From NCBI GenBank assembly GCA_963823505.1, contig CAWGLY010000005.1, positions 1,438,174 to 1,502,173 of the forward strand: 64,000 nt of DNA, written 5' to 3'. Below, in pieces: positions 10,447 to 18,901 of the stretch (within the stretch, counting starts at the first letter, position 1; the number at the start of each line of letters is the position of its first letter). The stretch comes from an uncultured Acidimicrobiia bacterium (GTDB lineage: Bacteria; Actinomycetota; Acidimicrobiia; Spongiisociales; UBA5794). The notes beneath the pieces are model-generated. The model worked only from the letters and a program-made list of their open reading frames with translations, did no database searches and had not been told where the DNA came from. A program made the translations under genes and the position numbers.

Positions 10447-11409
10447 ATGCGGCGACGACACTGGCTCTGGTGCGGTGCGGCAACCACCTTCTTGATCGTC
10501 GGAATCGCGCTGATCGTCAACATTGCGTATCCGTGGGCACGATGGACCGAGGACTTCTTCCCCGGTAGCCCTCCCGATGCGGTCCTCGAGCCACATGCCT
10601 GGTCAGAGACCGCCACGTCATTGACCTTTGCCGTCGTGGGCGATACCGGTACTGGTGGCCGCAACCAGATGGCAGTGGCTCGCCAGATGGCCGACACCTA
10701 TACCCGCACGCCGTTTGGGCTCGTCGTCCACGTTGGCGATATTTCGTATTACGGGAGCGTCGCCGACCGTTGGGAACAGGTGTTCGTCGAGCCCTACGGA
10801 CCGCTTCTCGACGCGGGGGTCACGTTTGAGATGGCCGTCGGCAACCACGAACTCGAAGAGGAGTCCTCGACGGCAGCAGATGCCGAGATTGCTGCTGAGA
10901 TCGAGCGAATCGGGTCCGAGGGGCGCTACTACAGCGTTCGCCACGGCCCGGTGGACTTCTTCGTCATCGATTCGTCGACGCCCCTGATCACCGGCAACGC
11001 CGCCGCCGACCAAGTCGCCTGGCTCGACGCGGCCCTCGGCTCGTCCGACGCCCCATGGAAGATCGCTGTCGTCCACCACCCGCCCTACGCGTCGGGCCCA
11101 AAGCGCGGTTCAAATCTGGAGGTCCGCGCGGCCCTGGAGCCGCTGTTCATAGCCCACGGTGTCGATCTGGTGTTGACCGGTCACGACCACTTCTACGAGC
11201 GCAGCCACCCACAAGACGGCATTGTGTATGTCGTCAGCGGCGCCGGGGCCAAGCTCTCCGCGATCGGGCACAGTGACTTCACCGCAACGAGTCTGCGGGA
11301 GCTGGAGTTCATGCTCATCGAAGTAGCAGGACACGGCTTGCGCGCCCAGGCAATCGGCACGAACGGAGAGGTCCTCGATCGCTTCGAGATCGAGCAGGAC
11401 GGTTCATGA
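10447..11409 (+). CDS. Secreted/membrane-anchored metallophosphoesterase (calcineurin-like)
   Basis: GDTG, GDISY, GNHE, HHPPY and GHDHFYER motifs; N-terminal hydrophobic segment. Confidence 0.9.
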   Translation: MRRRHWLWCGAATTFLIVGIALIVNIAYPWARWTEDFFPGSPPDAVLEPHAWSETATSLTFAVVGDTGTGGRNQMAVARQMADTYTRTPFGLVVHVGDISYYGSVADRWEQVFVEPYGPLLDAGVTFEMAVGNHELEEESSTAADAEIAAEIERIGSEGRYYSVRHGPVDFFVIDSSTPLITGNAAADQVAWLDAALGSSDAPWKIAVVHHPPYASGPKRGSNLEVRAALEPLFIAHGVDLVLTGHDHFYERSHPQDGIVYVVSGAGAKLSAIGHSDFTATSLRELEFMLIEVAGHGLRAQAIGTNGEVLDRFEIEQDGS

Positions 11410-11861
11410 TGGCCGGCACGCCGCGTTCGATCTGGCTGGTCACCTTGGGCATTGCGGGGCTCGCCGCTGTGCCAACGATCCTGTTGCTGTCCATCGCAGC
11501 AACCGGGTCGGTGGGCACCGTACCGCGCCTGGGCACGGCGGTAGCTGCCGCATCCGTGGTCGCGGTGGTGGTTGCGGTTGCCTGGGGAGCGCTGACACGC
11601 TCGGCGGGTGCGGTCGCACGACACGATGGTCACACAACGACCGACATCTGGGTTGCCACGTACGTCGGAGCTGCAGTGTGGCTCGTCGGCGCCGTCGCCA
11701 TCCCGCTGCTCATCCTCGCCGCAACGGTCAACAGCGACAGGGCCATGACGGACGCAGGATCCGGGGTATACGCCTGGTGGATTGGGCTCCACCTCGTGTG
11801 GGCGGCCTTCGCCCTCGGCGCAGCCCGGCTGGCGTTTGGAGGGGGCGGCTCGCCCGGCTGA
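11406..11861 (+). CDS. Hypothetical integral membrane protein
   Basis: About 4 hydrophobic segments; ATGA overlap with the upstream gene. Confidence 0.65.
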   Translation: MMAGTPRSIWLVTLGIAGLAAVPTILLLSIAATGSVGTVPRLGTAVAAASVVAVVVAVAWGALTRSAGAVARHDGHTTTDIWVATYVGAAVWLVGAVAIPLLILAATVNSDRAMTDAGSGVYAWWIGLHLVWAAFALGAARLAFGGGGSPG

Positions 11862-11951
11862 CACGCATCGGACCCCCGGACACGATGCCGGCTCGTCTCG
11901 AACATCTGGCACAATTGGGCTCCACGACGCTGTCGGGGACGGAGGAAGTCG

Positions 11952-13271
11952 ATGGGATTGCGCGTGCTCGCGGCAACTCGCTCCGGAATCGCCGCCGTCG
12001 TGCTCGCTGGTGTGCTTCCGGCGCCGGCATTCGGCGCGGTGCCCTTCGAGCCCGAGGCATCGCAGATCCGTAGCTGCCGCCCCCATGAAGATGTCACGGC
12101 TCGCCCAACGGAAGCGGCCCCCGCCGATCTCCTCGACGCCATCGACGCCCACCTCGCCGACGAGCGGCTGGATGGTGCGGGGCTCGGATTGTCCATCTGG
12201 ATCGAAGGCTACGGAGAGGTGACCGAGCGGGCTGCCGACCTCCGGTTGCGACCCGCCAGCAACCAGAAGATGTTGACGGCCATGACCGCCTACGAAGTCC
12301 TCGGTCCAGACGCAACGATGCAGACGATCGTCGCCACGGATGGCCTCGCCGCCAACGGCGTCCTCGCAGGCAACGTATACCTCGTAGGCGGCGGCGACCC
12401 GACCCTCACGACGAGTGGCGACCACTCCCTCGAGACGCTTGCGGTCGCGGTGCGGGACGCCGGTATTGCCCGGATCGACGGCGACGTCCTCGTCGACGAG
12501 TCGCGTTACGACGCTTTGCGGGTCGCCAACGGGTGGGGTGGCATGCCGATCCCGGCCTGGGTTGGCTCGCTGTCCGCACTGCTCGTCGATGAGAACCGAT
12601 GGAGCGCGGCATGGAGCGTGATCGCCGACCCTGCGCCGGCGAACGCGGCACTGTTCGTCGACGCACTCACCGCTGCAGGAGTGTCGGTCACAGGAGAAGC
12701 CACCGCCGGCAATGCACCTGAAGATGCCGTCACCATTACCCGGCTGCGTTCCCCCCAAATGCGAGACCTCGTGCAACTGATGCTCGAAGACTCGAACAAC
12801 ACGATCGCCGAGATCCTCATCAAGGAGATCGGCTTCCAGGCGTACGGGGTTGGCTCGACGACGGCGGGTCTCGCCGCCGCCACCGAACTGGTCAGATCGC
12901 TGTGCAGGCCGCGCAGCATCCTCCAGCAAGACGGCTCCGGTCTGAGCCACGGGAATGCACGCTCGGCGCGGGGATGGCGCCAGCTCCTCCAAGCCGCTCA
13001 GGCAGCGCCGTGGTGGCCCGACTTCGTCGCATCGCTGGCGATTGCGGGCGAGACGGGGACCATTCGCAATCGGTTTCTCGACACCCCCGCCGCGGGCAAC
13101 ATCCGCGCCAAGACCGGGTCGATCAACGGATTGCGGTCGTTGTCGGGGATCATGACCACGGCAGGAGGCCGGCGAGTGTTCTTCTCGGCGATCGTCGATG
13201 CCGACGAGCCACGAGTGCCCATGGGGGTGATCGACGATCTCCTGGTGACGATTGCGTCCGACGAGTCCTGA
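11952..13271 (+). CDS. dacB: D-alanyl-D-alanine carboxypeptidase/endopeptidase (peptidase S13)
   Basis: PASNQK (SxxK), SNN (SxN), KTGS, GGGDPTL, DGSGLS. Confidence 0.92.
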   Translation: MGLRVLAATRSGIAAVVLAGVLPAPAFGAVPFEPEASQIRSCRPHEDVTARPTEAAPADLLDAIDAHLADERLDGAGLGLSIWIEGYGEVTERAADLRLRPASNQKMLTAMTAYEVLGPDATMQTIVATDGLAANGVLAGNVYLVGGGDPTLTTSGDHSLETLAVAVRDAGIARIDGDVLVDESRYDALRVANGWGGMPIPAWVGSLSALLVDENRWSAAWSVIADPAPANAALFVDALTAAGVSVTGEATAGNAPEDAVTITRLRSPQMRDLVQLMLEDSNNTIAEILIKEIGFQAYGVGSTTAGLAAATELVRSLCRPRSILQQDGSGLSHGNARSARGWRQLLQAAQAAPWWPDFVASLAIAGETGTIRNRFLDTPAAGNIRAKTGSINGLRSLSGIMTTAGGRRVFFSAIVDADEPRVPMGVIDDLLVTIASDES

Positions 13272-13289
13272 ACGGCGCCGGGCGTGTCG

Positions 13290-14063
13290 TTACGTGCCGG
13301 CGTTGGCGGCGTTGGCGGCCATGGCCTCGGACATGAACTGAGCGAGACCCTCGCCTGCTTTGTCGATGTTCTTCGTGAATCTCTGGTCGGTGACATACAT
13401 CTGGCCCAGCCCCGCATGAATCTCCGGGCCGCAGTCGTAGAACCATTTCGAGATGTGCTCCCTGTGCCGCTCGGCGACCTGCATCGCCTCACGGGAGTCG
13501 GCCGCGTCATCAGCAGCCATCAAGACCAGAAACGCCTGGTTGATTTCCTCGGCTTCGCGCTGGATCTGCTGCCAGTCCTGCTTGCCATACCGGGCGGTGC
13601 GCTCGGCGGACTGCCGGTAGGCGTCGGTATTGCCCCACCGCTCCCTGGCTTCATCCTCGTAATCGGACGGGTCGAAATCACCGAACACCTCCAGCATGTC
13701 TTCCTTGCTCATGCTCTTTCCTTGCTTCTCGGCATCGATCGTCGTGTCGATGGCGTCGATCATCTGACGAAGGCGGTCGGCCCTGTGCTCGAGCATCGCA
13801 CGCTGCCGGCTCAGGGCCGCCAACCGCTCGTACTCCGGCTTGGTGACGATGTCCCGTATCTGGTCGAGCCCGAAGCCGAGCTCCTTGAAGAACAACACCT
13901 CCTGGAGCCGCTGCACATCCTCGGGGCCGTACAACCGGTACCCGGAGCGGGTACGACCACTCGGCACAACCAGCCCGATCTCGTCGTAGTGGTGCAACGT
14001 CCGCACCGTGACTCCGGCGAGCCGCCCGATCGTCCCGACCGTCATGTCCCGATCTGTCTTCAT
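13290..14063 (-). CDS. MerR family regulator with TipAS domain
   Basis: GVTVRTLHHYDEIGL..GYRLY HTH; EARERWG, FYDCGPEIHAGLGQMYVTDQRF (TipAS). Confidence 0.92.
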   Translation of the reverse strand: MKTDRDMTVGTIGRLAGVTVRTLHHYDEIGLVVPSGRTRSGYRLYGPEDVQRLQEVLFFKELGFGLDQIRDIVTKPEYERLAALSRQRAMLEHRADRLRQMIDAIDTTIDAEKQGKSMSKEDMLEVFGDFDPSDYEDEARERWGNTDAYRQSAERTARYGKQDWQQIQREAEEINQAFLVLMAADDAADSREAMQVAERHREHISKWFYDCGPEIHAGLGQMYVTDQRFTKNIDKAGEGLAQFMSEAMAANAANAGT

Positions 14064-14070
14064 ACCGAGA

Positions 14071-14101
14071 AACCTACACCCTCACGTAACGTGAGGGTCA
14101 A
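14071..14101 (-). promoter_or_regulatory. MerR-type promoter with 19-bp spacer and dyad operator
   Basis: -35 TTGACC (14101-14096), -10 TAGGTT (14076-14071), 19-bp spacer, perfect inverted repeat ACCCTCACGT-N-ACGTGAGGGT (14078-14098). Confidence 0.88.
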
Positions 14102-14130
14102 GAGTGGGGTTGGGCACGCCGCAGGCGGCG

Positions 14131-14748
14131 TCACCGCCGCACGATCACCGCAAGGGGTGAGAGCTGGGCATAGCGAGGCGCATCGAGTTCGACGCGCTCG
14201 ACCTCCCATCGATCATCGTCCTCGAACACGTCGACGTGCTTGCAGTTGTAGTAGATCAAGACCAAGCGGCGACCATCTCGTTGCTGGGCGGCCGCGACAT
14301 CGGCGAACTCCGCCATCACCTCCCTGCCGAAGGGATTGAACAGGTAGAAGAGGGAGCCGTCGGCGGGGAAGTTGGCTACGACGTCCCCGGCAAGGATCTC
14401 AACGTTCGGGTACTTGGCGAGGCGTCGTGCGGCCCTGGCCGCGGCTTCGATATTGGACTCCACGCCGATGATGCGATTCCGGCACCCATGATGGATCCAG
14501 TGGTTGATGACCCGCCCGGTTGCGCAACCGACATCCACCAACACGTCGTCCGGCCTGATCCGGCCGTCGAAGATCTTCGCGAGCACTGCGTAGTCGGAGT
14601 TGCGCGGCTTGAGGAGGGGACCGCCCGATCCCGGCTTCAACGCAAGTACTGAGCCATACCGGAGGTCGAGGAGCGCGTTCGCCGCAGCTCGCTGCACCTG
14701 GTAGCGGAGGGTTCGAAACCGGTCGACACTATTCGGTGGGGCAGACAC
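14131..14748 (-). CDS. Class I SAM-dependent methyltransferase
   Basis: VDVGCATGR motif I; FYLFNPF motif. Confidence 0.8.
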   Translation of the reverse strand: MSAPPNSVDRFRTLRYQVQRAAANALLDLRYGSVLALKPGSGGPLLKPRNSDYAVLAKIFDGRIRPDDVLVDVGCATGRVINHWIHHGCRNRIIGVESNIEAAARAARRLAKYPNVEILAGDVVANFPADGSLFYLFNPFGREVMAEFADVAAAQQRDGRRLVLIYYNCKHVDVFEDDDRWEVERVELDAPRYAQLSPLAVIVRR

Positions 14749-14772
14749 GAGACGAGATACTGGCAGATTCCG

Positions 14773-15540
14773 TCAGAAGATGTTGCTCAGGGTCCCGGTC
14801 CTGGCGAGCACGAGCACATCCATGGTCAGGGCCACGGCGATGTGCAGGAAGACGCCCGGAACAAAACTCTTCGAACGCAAGGCCATGACACCGAGGAACA
14901 GACCGGCAACGACTGCGGCCGTGGCCTCGGGCATGGGCTTGGCGAAGTGGATCATCGTGTACGGGACGGTCATGATCGGCACGGCCAGGTACCCCAGGCG
15001 GTGCGCCAGCCCGAACGTCATGAACCCGCGGAAGAAGGCCTCCACGCCGACGAACTGCAGGGCATATCCGATCTCGTAGACCCAGAAGCCGGTGCCGCCC
15101 TCCCCTGCGCGCTCGTAGAACGGGTAGAAGTCGAGGAACGACTCGAAGCTCGACACCCATATCAGGATGGGGAGCATCACCAGGTAGAAGGCGCCGTACA
15201 CCGGCAAATGGGATGCGATGCCCCTGATGCGGTAGCCGAAGTCGCCGGGTGGTCGCCGCAACACCCAGACGCCGATACCGAGAGGAATGAGTACTCGCCA
15301 CAGCAACGATGACAGGCCCCACCACATGTAGGCCGCCGCATCAGCCAGATCGGCAAATGCGCCGCTCCGCACCTCGCCGACCCACCCGATGAGGCCGGAT
15401 CGAACGTAGAAACTCGGCCGCCCCCAATACGAGAACACCAGCAGCAGCACCGTGGAGGCGATCAGCACGATCCACGTTTCCCGATCCCCCTCGGTGGGGA
15501 TCAGATCTGCAGCCTCCCGGCGGAACCGCTCTCCAATCAC
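14773..15540 (-). CDS. CPBP (CAAX/Abi) family intramembrane glutamic endopeptidase
   Basis: VEAFFRGF, MIHFAKP and FLH motifs; multiple TM segments. Confidence 0.85.
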   Translation of the reverse strand: MIGERFRREAADLIPTEGDRETWIVLIASTVLLLVFSYWGRPSFYVRSGLIGWVGEVRSGAFADLADAAAYMWWGLSSLLWRVLIPLGIGVWVLRRPPGDFGYRIRGIASHLPVYGAFYLVMLPILIWVSSFESFLDFYPFYERAGEGGTGFWVYEIGYALQFVGVEAFFRGFMTFGLAHRLGYLAVPIMTVPYTMIHFAKPMPEATAAVVAGLFLGVMALRSKSFVPGVFLHIAVALTMDVLVLARTGTLSNIF

Positions 15541-15622
15541 GGCGGCGAGTGTATGCGCTTCGACCGTTCCCCATCCCAGATGCGACGGCTATCGTTTTTC
15601 GCGAACCGTCGGAGGTAACACC

Positions 15623-16405
15623 ATGCGACCTATCTGGAAGGGCGCCATCTCGTTTGGGTTGGTGACGATTCCGGTCGGCCTGTACTCGGCTACGGAAAAC
15701 AAGCGGCCCAAGTTCCGTCAGCTCCGAGAGAGCGACCACAGCCCCATCAAGTACAAGCGCGTTGCGGAGACGGACGGCCAGGAGGTCCCGTACGAGAACA
15801 TCGTGAAGGGCTATGAGATCGACAAGGGTCGCTACGTCGTGTTCACCTCCGACGAGCTCAGCGACGTCATGAAGGGCATCTCCGGCGGCATGGTCGACGT
15901 GATCCAGTTCGTCGACCAGTCCGAGATCGATCCCATCTACTACCGATCCTCCTACTACCTGGCTCCTGAGAAGACCGGCGTCAAGGCCTACCGGATCCTC
16001 ATGGACGCCCTCGAGCAGAAGAACATGGTCGGGATCGCCAAGGTCGCGATCCGCGAGCGTGACTACCTCGCCACCCTCCGTGCCGAAGAGGGCGTCATCA
16101 TCATGGAAACCATGTACTGGCCCGATGAGATCCGGGAACCTCAGTTCGAGAGCCTCGAAGAGGATGTCGAGATTCGCGACGACGAGGTCAAGATGGCCCA
16201 GATGATCATCGACAACCTCACCGCCACCTTCGACCCCTCTGCGTGGCACGACGCATCCCGCGAAGCCCTCGAGGTGGCAGCGCGGCAGAAGGTCGAAGGG
16301 CAAGAGATCGTCTCCCCGGAAGCCCCACAACCGACCGGCGTGGTCGACCTCATGGAAGCACTCAAAGCCTCCGTCGAGGCGACAAAGGCGAAGAAGGCCG
16401 GATAG
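15623..16405 (+). CDS. ku: Non-homologous end joining protein Ku
   Basis: MRPIWKGAISFGLVTIPVGLYSAT, IVKGYE, IDPIYY..SYYLAP, VVDLMEALKASV; SD GGAGGT. Confidence 0.96.
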   Translation: MRPIWKGAISFGLVTIPVGLYSATENKRPKFRQLRESDHSPIKYKRVAETDGQEVPYENIVKGYEIDKGRYVVFTSDELSDVMKGISGGMVDVIQFVDQSEIDPIYYRSSYYLAPEKTGVKAYRILMDALEQKNMVGIAKVAIRERDYLATLRAEEGVIIMETMYWPDEIREPQFESLEEDVEIRDDEVKMAQMIIDNLTATFDPSAWHDASREALEVAARQKVEGQEIVSPEAPQPTGVVDLMEALKASVEATKAKKAG

Positions 16406-16534
16406 CGCTGCGCCACCTCGCGGGCCCATTCTTTCCCCTCCCTCGCATCTGGACCCGGAGGCTCGATCCGCCCCCCGGAGCTGCGAAGCACCTCCCAAGG
16501 AACCCGAAGGGTTCTGCAAGACCGCAAAGCGGGG

Positions 16535-17497
16535 TCAGCCTGGGGCTTGCGGGCCTTCCTTGTCCCATGTGATGCTCTCGATGGCGTCGTCGGTGAAGCC
16601 TTTGAAGGAAGGAGCCCGGAGCCTGCCGGCGCTGGTCCACTCCTTGTACTGCACCACCGCGACGAGGCTCGGATCGACCCAGGTCAGGTTGCGGGGCATC
16701 TCGCCGGTGTCGACGAACGGCGGCTCAGCGACGACCATCTGACCGAGGGCGGCTCTCACGGCACGGAGGTCGGCGTCGGAGAAGCCGGTCCCGACTGCCC
16801 CCACCCACCGCAGACCCTCCGCCGTCCACAGCCCGAGCATCAGCGATCCGAACGTGCCGGTCCGGCCGCCTTCGCCTTGGGAGAAGCCGCCGACGATGGC
16901 GCGCATCGTCCGGAACGCAGTGATCTTCCGCCAATCCGCGGATCGCATTCCCGGGCGGTAGATGCTGTCGAGGCGCTTGGCGACGATGCCCTCGATCCCA
17001 CGCTCGCGAACGAACGCCCACAACGCACCGGGGTCTTCGTCGACCGGCTCTGATCGAACCAGCGGTTGTGGCAAGTCGAGCTGAGATAGCCGGCGCCTGC
17101 GCTCGATCCACGGCTTCTCCAGAATCGGCTCGCCATCGAAGAGGACGTCGAACACGACGTAGCTGATCCCTACGAGATCTTGCACGTGTGCCCTGCCGGC
17201 CACGACGACATTCATACGCTGCTGCAGCCTTTCGAACGAGGGCCGCCCGGCCGCATCGAGGGCGACAACTTCGCCGTCGAGAATCATGGGCCGCTGCGGG
17301 CGGAACCTCAGCAGCTCGGGGTACTTGCCCGTCGCATCGTTCCCCGCTCTGCTGCGCAAGCGAACACGTTCGCCGTCGTACGACAACATGGTGCGCACAC
17401 CGTCCCACTTGAGCTCGAAACCCCACGCCGCATCGGTGAACGGCTGTGGCCAGCGGACCGCGACCATCGGCTCATATTCGGGAAGGGTGATGGCTAT
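16535..17497 (-). CDS. ATP-dependent DNA ligase (stand-alone LigD/LigC-type ligase domain)
   Basis: ELKWDGVR (KxDG), LDGEVV, FDVL, EGIVAKR, WRKI, LRAPSFKG. Start is either ATA 17497 (proposed) or ATG 17467. Confidence 0.9.
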   Translation of the reverse strand: MAITLPEYEPMVAVRWPQPFTDAAWGFELKWDGVRTMLSYDGERVRLRSRAGNDATGKYPELLRFRPQRPMILDGEVVALDAAGRPSFERLQQRMNVVVAGRAHVQDLVGISYVVFDVLFDGEPILEKPWIERRRRLSQLDLPQPLVRSEPVDEDPGALWAFVRERGIEGIVAKRLDSIYRPGMRSADWRKITAFRTMRAIVGGFSQGEGGRTGTFGSLMLGLWTAEGLRWVGAVGTGFSDADLRAVRAALGQMVVAEPPFVDTGEMPRNLTWVDPSLVAVVQYKEWTSAGRLRAPSFKGFTDDAIESITWDKEGPQAPG

Positions 17498-17952
17498 GCG
17501 CCGAGCTCCTCACGGACCAGGCGGTTGACCATCGCCCCGTCGAGACCTTTGGTGGACTTCATCACATGACCGATGACGCGGCCCACCATCTTGGGGTCAT
17601 CGGCCTTCAACTCGGCGACGGCATACTTGACGAGCACCCGCGTTTCCTCTTCGGTGGTGCCTCCCCGAGGAATCCACTGGGCGAGGTACTGGATCTCGTA
17701 CGCAAGTTGGTCGGCACGCTCTTGGCCTCGCTCACCCGCGGCCTCGAATTCGCGGCGTGCCTTGTCCATCTTCTTCACATACGCCACGATCGTCTCGAGG
17801 TAGAGCTGATCATCGACCTCGCCCTCGAAGCCCGGCGCCGACTTGGCGACCGACACTTCCGTCTCCACCTGTCGGATCACGTTGATTCGAGCCTTGTCAC
17901 GGGCCCGCATCGCCTCCTCGAGCTCACGACGAAGCTCTTGCTGGACGCTCAT
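17494..17952 (-). CDS. GatB/YqeY domain protein
   Basis: LEEAMRARDKARINVIR...GRVIGHVMK..DGAMVNRLVREEL; SD AGGAGG. Confidence 0.85.
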   Translation of the reverse strand: MSVQQELRRELEEAMRARDKARINVIRQVETEVSVAKSAPGFEGEVDDQLYLETIVAYVKKMDKARREFEAAGERGQERADQLAYEIQYLAQWIPRGGTTEEETRVLVKYAVAELKADDPKMVGRVIGHVMKSTKGLDGAMVNRLVREELGA

Positions 17953-18100
17953 CGGGCTGCCTCCTGTTAACAAACGCCAAGTGGCGCCATACTACGTTGT
18001 TCGTACTCGTCGGTCGACGGCCGGCTTCGCCGACCGCACCGATCTCCCCACATTCAACCAGCAGTCTGGGTCGTTCGACTCAAATGTCCGGAAAAATCGC

Positions 18101-18129
18101 TTGCCCAGGCAACCGTAAAGGTTTACAGT
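18101..18129 (+). promoter_or_regulatory. Putative housekeeping-sigma promoter of whiB
   Basis: TTGCCC-17bp-TACAGT. Confidence 0.55.
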
Positions 18130-18170
18130 CGCTCCCGGAGCCGTTCAACGGCTCTTCTTTCGGAACTAGC

Positions 18171-18188
18171 TTGTGAAGACCTTCACAT
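18171..18188. promoter_or_regulatory. Rex/CRP-like operator
   Basis: TTGTGAAGACCTTCACAT fits TTGTGAA-N4-TTCACAA (Rex, one mismatch) and TGTGA-N6-TCACA (CRP, perfect). Confidence 0.7.
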
Positions 18189-18224
18189 TCACCACCGCCC
18201 CCCACTGATGAAGGAGCCGAGGCC

Positions 18225-18497
18225 ATGCTGACCCTCACCGACTGGCGAGAGCTCTCCGCCTGTCGCGATACCGATCCCGACCTGTTCTTTCCGATCGGCA
18301 CAACGGGTCCAGCCGTAGCTCAGATCGAGAAGGCGACCGCAATCTGCGGCCAGTGCTCCGTCCAGGAGGCCTGCCTGCAGTACGCCCTCGAGACGAACCA
18401 GGAGGCGGGCATCTGGGGTGGCTATGCCGAGGACGATCGCAGGCGCCTTCGCAAGCGCTGGCTCGCCGAGCGCCGCCGCCAGCGCCAGGCCAGCTGA
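18225..18497 (+). CDS. whiB: WhiB family Fe-S transcriptional regulator (WhiB1/WblE-like)
   Basis: DWRELSACRDTDPDLFFPIGTTGPA..C-GQ-C-SVQEA-C..GIWGG; four Cys; SD AAGGAG. Confidence 0.93.
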   Translation: MLTLTDWRELSACRDTDPDLFFPIGTTGPAVAQIEKATAICGQCSVQEACLQYALETNQEAGIWGGYAEDDRRRLRKRWLAERRRQRQAS

Positions 18498-18524
18498 GCC
18501 GAATCGTCCCGCCCCACTCTTCGA

Positions 18525-18561
18525 TGAGGCCCCGACCGTCATGGTCGGGGCCTCAGTTCTT
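18525..18561 (+). terminator. Intrinsic terminator hairpin after whiB
   Basis: 13-bp perfect stem TGAGGCCCCGACC/GGTCGGGGCCTCA, 5-nt loop, followed by GTTCTT; lies between convergent genes. Confidence 0.75.
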
Positions 18562-18648
18562 CCTGGGGGCAGACTGAGGCGTCTCGTCCTGGGGCCAGAC
18601 TGAGGGTTGTCCTCGGTGCGAAGCGGGACGAGATCGAGATCTTGCCGG

Positions 18649-18882
18649 TCAGCCGCCGAAGCCGATTCCCGTCCGCAGGGCTTCGCCCTCGATCTCGACG
18701 AATGCGACCTTGTCGGCTACGACGCCGTAGCTGTGGCCCCGCGTATCGGTCAGCCACACCATCGGCTGGTCGCCGGTGACGATGTCTTCGATGGCCTTGC
18801 GGAGCTCGCTCGCATCCTCGACCTCGAACTCGAGCTCGCGGACGCCCTCGAGCCCGATCCTGACCTTGGTGGTGTCACTCAT
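18649..18882 (-). CDS. DUF3107 family protein
   Basis: KVRIGL..VRELEFE...WLTDTRGHSYGV..DKVAFVEI..GIGFG; SD GGAGG. Confidence 0.85.
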   Translation of the reverse strand: MSDTTKVRIGLEGVRELEFEVEDASELRKAIEDIVTGDQPMVWLTDTRGHSYGVVADKVAFVEIEGEALRTGIGFGG

Positions 18883-18901
18883 GCCGTATGCCTCCGATGA
18901 C

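Noticed and set aside
14773-15540. CPBP/Abi protein as a phage abortive-infection system
   Set aside because: The Abi name for this family is historical; the motifs indicate an ordinary intramembrane protease with no defence context.
18561-18605. 19-bp direct repeat TCCTGGGG(G/C)CAGACTGAGG x2
   Set aside because: Only two copies between convergent genes, with no supporting context; most likely a local duplication.
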